Source: a virus (taxonomy: Duplodnaviria; Caudoviricetes). Taken from it: a DNA stretch of 62,289 bases. Location of the stretch: positions 1 through 62,289 of IMG/VR virus record IMGVR_UViG_3300025654_000009. One strand, 5' to 3'. The position numbers were made by a program, and so were the translations under genes. Of the stretch, positions 1 to 11,100 are shown piece by piece. The notes under the pieces are model-generated. The model was not told the origin of the DNA. It saw only the letters and a list, made by a program, of their open reading frames with translations, and did not search any database. Positions within the stretch are counted from its first letter, which is position 1. The number at the start of each line of letters is the position of its first letter.

Positions 1-891
1 ACGGCTACAGCTGTATATGATGATGCTGATTTAACTATTATATCTCCAGATGGATATTATCAATACAATAGTGAATACCGATACCAACTAAACGGCTCAT
101 TAGGCCCTCTAGTTGTTTGTGCATCTTGTGATCCTGCACCAAACCCCATAGCTTGTGGTACAGGAATTGTAATACCACAGAGTGGTGCTGGATTATATGA
201 ATTAAATTTTTCTGCAGGTAGCACAACAGGGGCTATAAGTATTTATTTTGAGCCTCAAGAAATTCCTGATGGAATAAGGGTTTTATATGATGGGGTTTAT
301 TATAATAGACTATCAACTCCATTAGATGGAAATAGACAAAGCACAAGTGGTGTAGCAAATGCATTTACTGTTTTAGGGTTGCCAGCAGCAGCAGGCCCAT
401 GTGCGGCTGCTCCTCAAACTCATACCCTTAATTATTACAATGGTTTAAATCAAAACCCTGCATCATGGATTCCTGGAACCCCTAGTACTCAAACTATTAC
501 TACAAATACAGGGGATGATGTTTTGGGAGGTGCAAACCAATATAATCTTTTAATTATACCTAAAATAAGTGCTACACCTAGTAACGTAAAAATAGAAGTT
601 TTAGGTACTTGTCCTACTACTCAATTTAATTTAGAGGTGGCTTGTCCTGCAAATTTACCTAGTTTCCAGGGTAAATCAATTGCATCAGGAACAGGATGTA
701 CTACAGCAAATGCAACTTATTATTTTGGTAGATTTAGATTTCAAGTAAACACCTACCCTGAGCTTAACAATCCTGTATTTAATGATGTTAATGGTGAGGT
801 TAGAGTTTTAGATGGAAATTATTACATGGATAATAGTCAAGTAATTACAGTTACAAACGGAGTAGTTAGCAGTATAGTAGCATGCTCGTAA
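1..891 (+). CDS. 5'-truncated allele of the 313-aa tail-associated protein (61308..62249)
   Basis: Frame 1 is open from position 1 to TAA 891; the listed 379..891 ORF is only its C-terminal part. Confidence 0.9.
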   Translation, partial: TATAVYDDADLTIISPDGYYQYNSEYRYQLNGSLGPLVVCASCDPAPNPIACGTGIVIPQSGAGLYELNFSAGSTTGAISIYFEPQEIPDGIRVLYDGVYYNRLSTPLDGNRQSTSGVANAFTVLGLPAAAGPCAAAPQTHTLNYYNGLNQNPASWIPGTPSTQTITTNTGDDVLGGANQYNLLIIPKISATPSNVKIEVLGTCPTTQFNLEVACPANLPSFQGKSIASGTGCTTANATYYFGRFRFQVNTYPELNNPVFNDVNGEVRVLDGNYYMDNSQVITVTNGVVSSIVACS

Positions 892-931
892 TGATGAGTG
901 TGAACAAAAATAATAACATATGGCATTAGAA
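1..931. repeat. Terminal overlap copy A (diverged allele of 61353-62289)
   Basis: First 121 nt and last ~105 nt are identical to the window end; the middle has substitutions and lacks two codons present in copy B. Confidence 0.95.
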
Positions 932-1687
932 AATTATACATTAACGTTTAGTGAATCGGTAAAAGGATGGCCTTCTTTTTATAGTTATAATCCAGATTTT
1001 ATTCTAGGAATGAATCAGTATTTATATTCTTTTAGTGGTGGTGCTTTATATAGGCATAATACTAACGAGAGAAGGAACAACTATTATGGAGTTGATTATG
1101 ATTCTACAATTACAGGTGTTTTTAATCAAGAGCCTACAGCTGTTAAGGTTTTCAAAACTATTGAGCTTGAAAGTGATGACTCATGGGACTGTGCTTTAGT
1201 TACAGATCTAGGTAGTGGTTTTATGGATGAAACTTATTTTGAGGAAAAAGAAGGATCTTGGTTTGCTTTTGTTAGAAGAATTGGAGGAAGTCAAGATTTT
1301 AGTCAAAGGTCAACTCAAGGGATAGGTAGTTTTTTAAGTACATCAGGATTATCACCAAATACAATAACTGTAACATTTTCAATATCAATAAGTTCTATTA
1401 TTAATTATGGTGATTCTGTTTTTTATAAAAATGGTGCTATTGTAAAAGAGGTAGGGCCAATAACAAGTATAAGTGCTGATAGGAAAACTATTTTAATAGA
1501 TGCCACAGACTTAACACCACCTCTTTCAGGGATACCTGTTGGAGCGTATATTTTTACGACTAAAAATAGTGTTGCTGAATCTTATGGAGCAACAGGTTAT
1601 TATATGGAGTTTAAATTAACAAACAACAGTACTACAGCTGTGGAACTTTTTACAGTTGATTCCGATGTATTGAAAAGTAATCCTTAG
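920..1687 (+). CDS. Tail protein, probably the separated C-terminal part of the nozzle/stabilization protein
   Basis: 255 aa; TLTFSESVKGWPSFYSYNP..YSFSGGALYRHN motif, recalled from C-termini of Bacteroidota phage stabilization proteins; tail-module position. Confidence 0.6.
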   Translation: MALENYTLTFSESVKGWPSFYSYNPDFILGMNQYLYSFSGGALYRHNTNERRNNYYGVDYDSTITGVFNQEPTAVKVFKTIELESDDSWDCALVTDLGSGFMDETYFEEKEGSWFAFVRRIGGSQDFSQRSTQGIGSFLSTSGLSPNTITVTFSISISSIINYGDSVFYKNGAIVKEVGPITSISADRKTILIDATDLTPPLSGIPVGAYIFTTKNSVAESYGATGYYMEFKLTNNSTTAVELFTVDSDVLKSNP

Positions 1688-1694
1688 ATTTTTG

Positions 1695-1702
1695 TATCTT
1701 TG
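1695..1702 (+). promoter_or_regulatory. Bacteroidota -7 promoter element TATCTTTG
   Basis: Matches TAnnTTTG, intergenic, just upstream of ATG 1708. Confidence 0.6.
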
Positions 1703-1707
1703 CGTTA

Positions 1708-2118
1708 ATGAAATTTAATATAAGAAAATTAAACGCATTAGACTATGAAACCATTTTAGTAAAATGGTGGAAAGATTGGAGATGGACTCCACCTCCTAAA
1801 GATTTTTTACCAGAAAATGGTGAGGGTGGTTTTATTGTATATGATAATGATATTCCTGTTTGTGCAGGATACATATATATAACTAACTCATCAGTAGGAT
1901 GGTGTGATTGGATTATATCTAACTTTGAATATAAAGACAAGATAAAAAGAAAACAAGCCATAAAAGAGCTAATAGATATTTTAACACGCACTTTAGAGTT
2001 ATCTAATTGCAAATATGCGTATGCTTTAATAAAGTCTGATTCTTTAATAGAACATTATAAGGGAAACGGTTATATTGAGGGAGATCAGTACACCAAAGAA
2101 ATGATAAAAAAATTATAA
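1708..2118 (+). CDS. GNAT-fold acetyltransferase-like protein preceding the ejection proteins
   Basis: 136 aa; GGFIVYDNDIPVCAGYIY strand pattern and C-terminal YKGNGY; position typical of podoviruses. Confidence 0.55.
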   Translation: MKFNIRKLNALDYETILVKWWKDWRWTPPPKDFLPENGEGGFIVYDNDIPVCAGYIYITNSSVGWCDWIISNFEYKDKIKRKQAIKELIDILTRTLELSNCKYAYALIKSDSLIEHYKGNGYIEGDQYTKEMIKKL

Positions 2119-2119
2119 T

Positions 2120-3088
2120 ATGGGATTAATAACAGGGATAGCTGCAGGTGTAGCTGTAGGTGGCCAAGTAGCAAAAGGTTTTATAGCTTCAGATGGTTCA
2201 AAAGAAGCCGCTAGAATGGCAGGTCGTTTAAATATACAAAAAGAAGAATTAGAAAAGGAAGCAGTATCAAGACTTGAAACCAATTACTATGATGCTCTTA
2301 GAGCAACAACAGATGTATATGATAAACAACTTCAAACTGCAAATGCAATAACTGGACAGATAATCGAAAAGGCAGCCGAAGGTGACCAAAGAGGTTTAGT
2401 AGCAACAGCAGGTAAGGTAAAGCAAGGAGCAGATGCTACTACAGGATTAATTGCAGACAAGTATGCTGGACAACAATTAGGTATTGAGGCGAAAAGAGCG
2501 GAAGCTGCTGAAACAGATGCTGCTAGGATTGCAATGATGTTTGATGATAGAGCAGCGGCAGCAGGAGTAAAAGCTGATGCGTTAACACAACAATCAGATA
2601 ACTTATCAGGTCAGGCAACAGGGGCGTTTATTAACGCAGGGACAAGTGCATTATCTGCTGGACTTCAAGCTTTTGGAGGATTTGCTGGTATGAAAGATGC
2701 AACAGGTAAGGCAGTTAAATCTTTATTAGATAGTGGAGCAGCAAAAACTAATGCAGAGGCATTAAAAATAATTGATGGGTATGATAAAGGCCAATTAATG
2801 CAAACAGTTAAAACAGGTCTTCCTTTTGAGTTAGAATCTACAGCTTCAAATACTCCTGTAGTACCACAAGATGAAGATATTAGGATAGACGAAAAAAATA
2901 CACAAGTTGGTTATTCAGATTCTGTTGGAATGGATAAAAAAGTAGAAGCTGAAAGCGGATTCACTAATTTCTTTTCTGAATTAAAAACACAATTTGATAA
3001 TTTTACAAATCCTTTTGGTGATTTTAGTGAGATGTTTCAAGGACTAGGACTCTTTGGTTCTCCAAAACCGAAAGAAAAAGAACAATAA
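2120..3088 (+). CDS. Putative internal virion/ejection protein 1
   Basis: 322 aa, Ala/Gly/Gln-rich helical, hydrophobic Gly-rich N-terminus. Confidence 0.6.
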   Translation: MGLITGIAAGVAVGGQVAKGFIASDGSKEAARMAGRLNIQKEELEKEAVSRLETNYYDALRATTDVYDKQLQTANAITGQIIEKAAEGDQRGLVATAGKVKQGADATTGLIADKYAGQQLGIEAKRAEAAETDAARIAMMFDDRAAAAGVKADALTQQSDNLSGQATGAFINAGTSALSAGLQAFGGFAGMKDATGKAVKSLLDSGAAKTNAEALKIIDGYDKGQLMQTVKTGLPFELESTASNTPVVPQDEDIRIDEKNTQVGYSDSVGMDKKVEAESGFTNFFSELKTQFDNFTNPFGDFSEMFQGLGLFGSPKPKEKEQ

Positions 3089-3098
3089 ATTATAAGAT

Positions 3099-5180
3099 AT
3101 GGGTAATGCATTAGACGCAGCAAAGTTTTCGGTTGAACAAGGAAACACAGGTGTTGGTACACGAAAAACATTATTAGAGGCTGTTGACACAGGAATGGCT
3201 GATGTTAACACCTGGGCAACTAATATAGCTGCAGAACGTAAAAAATTAAAAGACGATACAGCTAAGGCTTACAGGGAAGGCGAATTAAAAGCTCAACAAG
3301 AAATATCAAAATTAACAAGTACTGGAGAACAATATAAAACTGAAAGAGATTTAGTTATAATGGGATTGGCTAGTTATAAAGACCAACTTTATGATAATGA
3401 AAAATTAGTTAGAAGTGGTGTCATAAGTGCTGATGATAATGTTATATTTAGAGAAAATGGAAAACAGACGTTTGATATTATGCAGAAAAAAATCCAATCT
3501 GCTTCAAAAGATTATCAATTAACACTTCAAAGAGCTAAAGGTGGATATTGGCCTGATGAAGAAGGTGGCCCTGATGTATATCATCTTCCTGCATCTGGAG
3601 ATGAAGAGGGGGCGATGCAAAGAATCCAGAGTAGAATAATGAATCCTAATTTTGTTAATATGAGTATTGGTACAAATGGATTAGGTAATGTTACTTTATA
3701 CCAAACAAAACTTCAAGATGGAGTTGAGGTTTTGGATTTAGATGAAAAAGGTAACCCTAAAATATTGCCAGGTCAAGGTTCACAAATGAACATACTTGCT
3801 TTAGATGGAGTAAGGAATGAAAGGGCAGATAGGTTTGACTTAGCAACTGAAACTGCAAAGTTTTTTGTAAAAGATGGCCCTTTAGATGTAGCAGCTCAAA
3901 TAATGGCTATTGGGCCAAATGGAAAAATGTATGGAACTGTTAAAGATTTCTTATTAGCTAGAGATTCAGAAGGGAATCTTATTAATCAAAGAGTTTCAAC
4001 TTTAATAAATGATGCTGCGGCTTTAGCTACTAGCACTAATAGTAGAAAGGTTAGTATCTTAACAGACAATGGCCCTGAAGGTGAAAGGTCGCAGACTAAA
4101 ACCATGAATGAATGGGCAATGCTTACCGATAAAGAAAAGAATGAAAAAATAAAATATAATTATTATGACCTAGAAAAAGGTGAGGTAGTTGAAGGTGAGA
4201 AAAACAAGTATCTAGAAATGAAGCTTGTGGCAAACCAACTCACAGTAGTACTTACGCCTGATGATCAAAAAGCTGCTGTAAATTCTGCAAAGGGTAGTAT
4301 TCTTTCTAAAGTTAACGAGAAGTATACTCAAGGAGGTACTAAGAGAAGTGAGTTTCAAGCAAGGAAAGATACTGCTGTTGATATTGCCGTTGGGGACAGG
4401 CAGAAAGAAGGTAAATACTATGCAGAACTATTTGATACGGCAGCAACTGGTAAAAAAAGTTCTATAAATGCTATAGTAACTCAAAGTAAAGTATTAAGTT
4501 CAGCAGAATACTCTCTAGATGAAAAGGGTAACTTAATTTTAAACTTTATTGATATGGATGGCCGAAAGCTTGCAGATATACCAATGACAGGATCTAAAGC
4601 TACTGGAGCAGGAAGTCAAATGGCTGCTCAGGCACAACTGTCTAAAAATGCTGCTCAAAATTATCTTGAATTCACAAGTTTTAAAGGTGATAAGCAAAAC
4701 ACACTAGCAAAAGGTATAAAAGATTATAAATACAATGAGATAAAAGAAGGAAAGCCATATGTTTTCCTGGATGATATTGCTCTAAGTTACGATAGCAATA
4801 TGAATCCTCTAACACCATCAACTGCTTTTACAGAAGCAGGGAAGGATTCTAAAAAGATAAAAATTGCATTTGAACAAACGGTATCGAAAATGGTAGAAGA
4901 ATATGGTTTTCCTGAAGGCTTTATCACGGTTGAAATAGACGATTTTCCAGGTAATGATAGAATGAGGGTCTTCGGATATTTAGATGGCAAAAAAGAAATA
5001 TTAGCAACGAGTGAATTGGATGAAGATAATGGTCGAGTAGTAAAAAAGGCTCTTGAAAATTATGCTAAAGAAAACAATCCTCGAAATAAAAAAGAAACAA
5101 CGGAAAAGCCTTCTTTTCAAGATTGGATAAAAATAAAAGGAAACGAAAAGAAATCATATAACGACTGGCAAAATTCATAA
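3099..5180 (+). CDS. Putative internal virion/ejection protein 2
   Basis: 693-aa ORF between ejection protein 1 and the giant ORF. Confidence 0.55.
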   Translation: MGNALDAAKFSVEQGNTGVGTRKTLLEAVDTGMADVNTWATNIAAERKKLKDDTAKAYREGELKAQQEISKLTSTGEQYKTERDLVIMGLASYKDQLYDNEKLVRSGVISADDNVIFRENGKQTFDIMQKKIQSASKDYQLTLQRAKGGYWPDEEGGPDVYHLPASGDEEGAMQRIQSRIMNPNFVNMSIGTNGLGNVTLYQTKLQDGVEVLDLDEKGNPKILPGQGSQMNILALDGVRNERADRFDLATETAKFFVKDGPLDVAAQIMAIGPNGKMYGTVKDFLLARDSEGNLINQRVSTLINDAAALATSTNSRKVSILTDNGPEGERSQTKTMNEWAMLTDKEKNEKIKYNYYDLEKGEVVEGEKNKYLEMKLVANQLTVVLTPDDQKAAVNSAKGSILSKVNEKYTQGGTKRSEFQARKDTAVDIAVGDRQKEGKYYAELFDTAATGKKSSINAIVTQSKVLSSAEYSLDEKGNLILNFIDMDGRKLADIPMTGSKATGAGSQMAAQAQLSKNAAQNYLEFTSFKGDKQNTLAKGIKDYKYNEIKEGKPYVFLDDIALSYDSNMNPLTPSTAFTEAGKDSKKIKIAFEQTVSKMVEEYGFPEGFITVEIDDFPGNDRMRVFGYLDGKKEILATSELDEDNGRVVKKALENYAKENNPRNKKETTEKPSFQDWIKIKGNEKKSYNDWQNS

Positions 5181-5183
5181 AAG

Positions 5184-8100
5184 ATGGAAGAAATTTACGA
5201 AATGTTACCTGAAGGAATATTTAATGATTTTAATGGTTTTTCTGAATACGTTAATCAAAATGGAATAAAAAGCGTATATGAGATGCTGCCTGAAGGTATT
5301 TTTAATGATGAGCAGGGGTTCTTAGATTATGCTGAAAAAAAAAACCCAATCGTTACTCCTTCAAATGGGGGAAAGGTTGTTACGGAATCTACTACAGAAA
5401 CGGAAACAACTCCTGGATCTTCGGATGGTTTAGAGGTAACCGAGGTAGTTGAAGATGACTTCGTTGACTTTAAGGAACAGATGAATCCTCTTAATGTTTT
5501 AAAAGGAGACACAGAAAATTTAATTCCAGAAGAAGAAGTTCAAGATTTCTTAACAGAAGATTTAAATAAATTACTAGATAATAGTGATATACCCTTAGAT
5601 GGATTTTACATGCCAGGTCAAAGTAGGGCTAGGGCTATGAAAAATGCAAGTAAAATAGTAGATGAAACATTAAAGTTAAAAATAGAGGCAGACCCAAACA
5701 TTCAAAAAGCATTAGCAGTTGGATATATAAAAGAATCAGACGTAATAAGTGCCTTAAAAGGTAATAGAAAATCTATAGAAAAACTTCAAGATATTGCGGT
5801 TAGGTCAACTGAAGACAACATATTAAAACTACAAAGTGAGGAGCTTCAGCCTTATGATGTTTATTCAGAAACAAAAAACTACATTGAAACAGAAGAAGAC
5901 AAGGCAATAAAAACAGAAGCCATAAGGGTAGTTAATTCCTTTAATTCAGAAACACAAAAACTTTTAGATGCAAATCCAGATGCTACTGAGGAGGAAATGC
6001 AGGCTATATTTCAAAGAGAAGGTTCTCCTACACAGGAACAGTTTGACATTGCAGAAGATGCAGATTACCAACCAACAGGTTTTGAAAATGAACAGCTTGG
6101 TAAAATGTATAATCAAACAGCTCTTAAAAAATTATCAGATAAAAACGAGAAATTTAATATAGCTGGTTTTAATGGCTACTTAAAGAAAAAAGGATTTCTA
6201 GATAAATACAATCAGTTATTAGAAGACGAAACCATCTCTGAAGATGGTAGAAGTTATGACTATTCAGGTAATTATAATCCAACCCTTGCAGCAGAAAGAC
6301 TTAAGTATGATTATTTAAAAAATTATCTTGCTGAATCTGACATGCAACGAATTGAAAAAGAAGTTTTAGAATATAAGATAGCTAATAATGGTAGGAATCC
6401 ATTTTTACATGGCGATACTGATAAAATTAATTTAAAACCTTCAATTAAAAGCGAAGACCTAAGTCAATATATGATTGAGGAATTTAAAACTCTTGCAGCT
6501 GTTGTAGAGAAACAAAAAGCCGAAACAAAAGAAAACTATCAAAGAGAACTAGAGGGAGGCGTAGGTGGAGATAATACTCAATGGCTTCTTGATTCAGGGT
6601 ATCAGGGTGGTCGTTCTGTAGCTGATAGAATAAATAGCACTTCCGAGTGGGGGTACGGATGGTTAGGTATGGATTCTGTTGTTGATGAAATTCAAATGAA
6701 TCAAGCTGAAACAGAACTCAACAGAGATGATATGCTTAGGTATACTTACGCAAGTGGTAAAAGTGCTTATGCTAATGGCAGAGAGTATATGATTGACGAT
6801 AGGGGAGAGATATATGATTTAGATTTAAAGATAAGAGTTAGTAGTGTTTTAGAGCCTAGTCAGATAGAAGAAATAAGAAAACAAGTATCAAAAAATGGAG
6901 TTGAAACAAGTAGTTTTAGTGGTACAGGAGCAGCAGTAACAACTGCAGGTGTAGCCTCTGATATGTTACTTCAGATAGCTCTTACTAGAGGTGTTGGAAT
7001 AGCAGGACAAACCATTAAAGGTATATCGGCAGCCTCTAAATACAAGCAAGGAAGGTCTATAATAAAATTATTAGAAAAAGTACCTATGAGAGCTACAACA
7101 GCATCAGCTATGATTGCTCAAGGAACTTTAATGGCTAGTTCGTTATCTTCAGATGTAAGAAAGCAAGCTTTAGCTGCAGGAATGTCAAATGAAGAGGCAG
7201 ATGAATTAGCAGCAAGTGCAAGTATGCAGGGTTATGCTTTAGGTGTTTTAACAGCTCCTATATCTACTCAAAGAATTGCTATGGATAAAATTTTCGGAAC
7301 AAAAGTAAAAGAAAAGCTTATTCAAAAAAGCATAGATGCATATACTAAAGGAGCAGGTATTGAGGTATCTAAAAGTATTTTTAAAAAAGGTTTAGATAAG
7401 GTAATAACAAATGGAAAAGTATACCTTGGAGAAGGTCTTAAAGAGTTTATTCAAGAAAATATTCAACAAGGAGGACAGGCTTATGTTATTGGTGACAACA
7501 TAAATGAGCAAGCAGGTCAAGAAATAATGCGAGATACCATTAGTGCAGATGAGTTTATGAACACATCCATAATCTCACTAACAGCAGGTTTTTTTATGCC
7601 TTTTGCAGGAGATTTAAAAACAGGTACTGTTAATTCTTTTAAAGTTAGAGGTAGGGGTTTTCAGGCTGTCGATCAAATGAAAGCATTGGCTTTAATGTCT
7701 AGTGATTCAGATAAAACAAAACAACTTTTAGACTCACAAGTTAAAAAAGGAGTATATACACCAGAGCAGGTAGAAAATATAATGGCTGATGTAGAGATAT
7801 ACAAAAGCACAATAAATGGATTACCTCCTAATTTAAGTGCAGAAACCTCTTTGTCGGTTATGAGTGACTTAGCTAAAATAAAAGAACTTGAAGCTATAAA
7901 GCAAAAAGAAAACCCTGCTTTTCCAGATTTTAGAACTGATGTAGAGATACAGAAATTAAAAAATAGAATAATCAAGAAATCTAACTTTGACTTTATTAAT
8001 AATAAAGAGAAGCAAAAATTCATGGATAATGCAGGTAAAGAGTTAGTTGCAGAGAAAGAAGCTGCAGGTGAAAAAAACTACAAAATAAATAATAGCGAAA

Positions 8101-11100
8101 TTAGAAATAGAGCTGTAGAGAACTTTAACAAGTTGTCAATAGAAGAAATGCAGGCTTTAGCTTATCCAGACCAACAAAAAGAATCAGAAACTAAAACAGA
8201 CGAAGATGCCATTTCAAAGCCAAGCACAGAGGAGCAAGTTACTGTGACACAATCACAAAAGGATTTATTTGGAGAAACTCATACAGATAAAAATTTAATA
8301 ACCCCATCTAATCCTAAAGGAGAAGCAAATATATCAAATATTACAAGCCTTGATGGAAAAGGGGTATCAACAGCAACTTATGTAAATCCAGAAACAGGTA
8401 TTGTAGATGCTATCATAAGTAGTAAAGACAAGAAAAACTTTGTTGGATATGTTAGGATTTATGAAAACGGTAAGCCAACAAATATGTTCTCTACTAAGAT
8501 GGAGTCTACAGGAGGTGCGTTTAAGAATATGATTACATCTGCTGATACTACGCTACCTGATGGAGCTAAAGTTCTTCCAGGGGAAACAATATCTGAAGGA
8601 GGTCTTAAGTCTTTTAATAATTCTAAATTAGATGTAGAGACTGACTCAGATGGTAATGTTGTTACAAGAGAAGTAAATTATAGCGATGTAACAAAAGAGA
8701 CTGTAAAGCAAAAAGGAGATAGATCTTTTGGTAAATTTGTAACTCCTATTAAGTCGGAAGCAGAAGCAGAGATTGTTAAAATACAAAAAGCATATCCTGG
8801 GATAGAAGCAAGAATAGTAAAAAGTGGTTTGTCTTTTGAGATAAAAATAGACTTACCTGTATTAATTAAAACAGAAAAAGATGCCATTCAAGAGCCAAGC
8901 ACAGAGAAGCAAGTGTTACCAGATGATGCAACAAGCCAAACAGATGGGGCAGACTCCGAAGTGGAACTGCAGCAAGTGGGAGAAGGAGACGTTGGGACAG
9001 ATACCGACACGCAAGTCGAAGAAGGTGAAACGCAAACCGATACAACTAGCGACACGACTACGGAGGGAAATGTTGAACAAGTAGCAGAAACGCAACTTAA
9101 GCCTTATGACCCTGTAAAAAAAGAATCTTATGAAACAGTTGACGACAATGGTGATAAAGCTATTGTTGTGATTATAACTGCAAAAGACGGTAGTAGAAAA
9201 ATACAATATAAAAACAAAGACGGAGAAACATACAACAATGATACTCTTGGAAAAGATAACGATATAACTAATGAAAGAGTTATTGAGCTTGTTGTCTCTG
9301 AAGAGGGCAGCGGTATTGTTAAAACGGAAACAATAGAAGGATTTGAGAACATAGCAAGTCCAAAAGCAGTAAGAAGAAGAAAAGGAAACAAAACGACAGA
9401 TACTGAACAGTTAACAGATACCCCACAAGTATTTGGGGACAATCCTCTTTCTTCTATAGAGGTGTCAGAAGATTACAATGACATAGGTAAACAGAGAAGA
9501 AGTAAACTTAGGGTTATCGCTCAAATGGAGTTTAATAATGAAATAACTGCTGAGGAACAATTAAATCTTAGAGAGGACTCTTTTAGGAACATGAAAAAAG
9601 CACAAGAAGCTTTTAAATCTAAACCAAAAACTAATGAAAAAACAAAACAACAAGTACAATCCAAACGCTCCAGAGACGGAGGAACAAGACGGACTTCAAT
9701 CAGCAAAACTACGCCTCTTCAAGGCACTCCAGTCATCAAAGGTGCAACAGGACCAGATATACAGCTCGTATCCGTTGCTGAAAAATATGCAAATGACAAC
9801 AATATTGAACTCAAAAGACAAGGAGAATACGTTGAAGTAGATCCTGTTAGAGCTAAAAGAATAGCTGATGCTTACACAGAAATGGCTAACGATCCTCAAA
9901 ATCCAAAAGTAAAGGAGGCCTATGCTGAATTAATAAAACAAACTAAAGCTCAATATGAAGCTTTAGTTAAAGCAGGTTATAAATTTTGGTTTATTGACTT
10001 AAACAATCCTAAAAATATTGAATACATTTCGTCTCCATTTAATGCAATGCGTGATTTGCGTAAAAATAAAGAAATGGGAGTTTTCCCAACAGATTTAGGT
10101 TTTGGTTCAGATGAAGATGTTGATGTTTCTCAAAATCCTTTACTAGAAGACACAGGTCTAAAATGGCCAGTTGGAGGATTGAATGGAGAAACCAAGTCCG
10201 TTACAGCTAATGATTTATTTAGAGCTGTTCATGATGCTTTTGGCCATGGATTAGAAGGGGCAGGGTTTAGAGCAAGAGGAGAGGAGAATGCTTGGCAAGC
10301 TCATTCTAGATTATTTACAGGAGCTGCTATTGGTGCAATGACAAGTGAAACAAGAGGACAAAACTCTTGGGTAAATTTTGGCCCTAATGGGGAATCAAAT
10401 AGAACTGCAAGTGCAGAGGATACGGTTTTTGCAGATCAAAAAGTAGGATTAATGCCTGAGTGGACTTGGTCTGAAGGTCGTTCAGAAGATATGCAGTCTC
10501 CAAAAGTGATGAGTGTGAACAATGACCTCGACAATAAGATTGAGTCATTTGCAAATAGAATGGCTGATGCTGATACTTCTAACGAATTATCTGATGAAGC
10601 TATAGAATTTTATTCAGAGAATCAAGAAGCTATAGATAAAAGAGTTTCTGAAATACGAAAAAAATTACCTAAAGATAAATCAAAAACAAGAAGACTAGCT
10701 ACTAAGATAGCAAAAGGAGAGACTAACTTTTCAAATGAGCAGATAGATTTATATGCTGCTAATGAAGCAGAAGTACAGGCTGAGGTAGAAGCCATTGCTA
10801 AAACCAATAGTCAAACTGTAACGGCTGATACTTATAAAGGTATTTTAAAATCTATAAAGAGTACAACTAGAACCGACAAAGCAAGACAAGAAGGAGAGAA
10901 TGCTCAACGTAAAAGATTTTGGAAAGCTTGGAACAAGGCCAACAGAGAAGGTAAACAAGATTTAAAAACTAAAAGAAAAAATCTTAATGATCAGATAAAG
11001 ACATATGCTAAGGGTAAAAAAGGAACTATTACCGCAGCTCAAACAAGAGCAGTTGTAAATAGAGTTAATAGTGTAAACCTTGACAATGAATTAGCTGTAC

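Noticed and set aside
1-931. Diversity-generating retroelement (TR/VR pair) explaining the diverged terminal copies
   Set aside because: Differences are not confined to adenines, many are synonymous, both copies are coding, and no reverse transcriptase is present
5968-6162. Further +1 overprinted ORFs (also 48240..48455 and 59215..59406)
   Set aside because: Leu/Met/Lys/Gln/Val-rich shadow composition, no sharp GC shift and no recognisable motif
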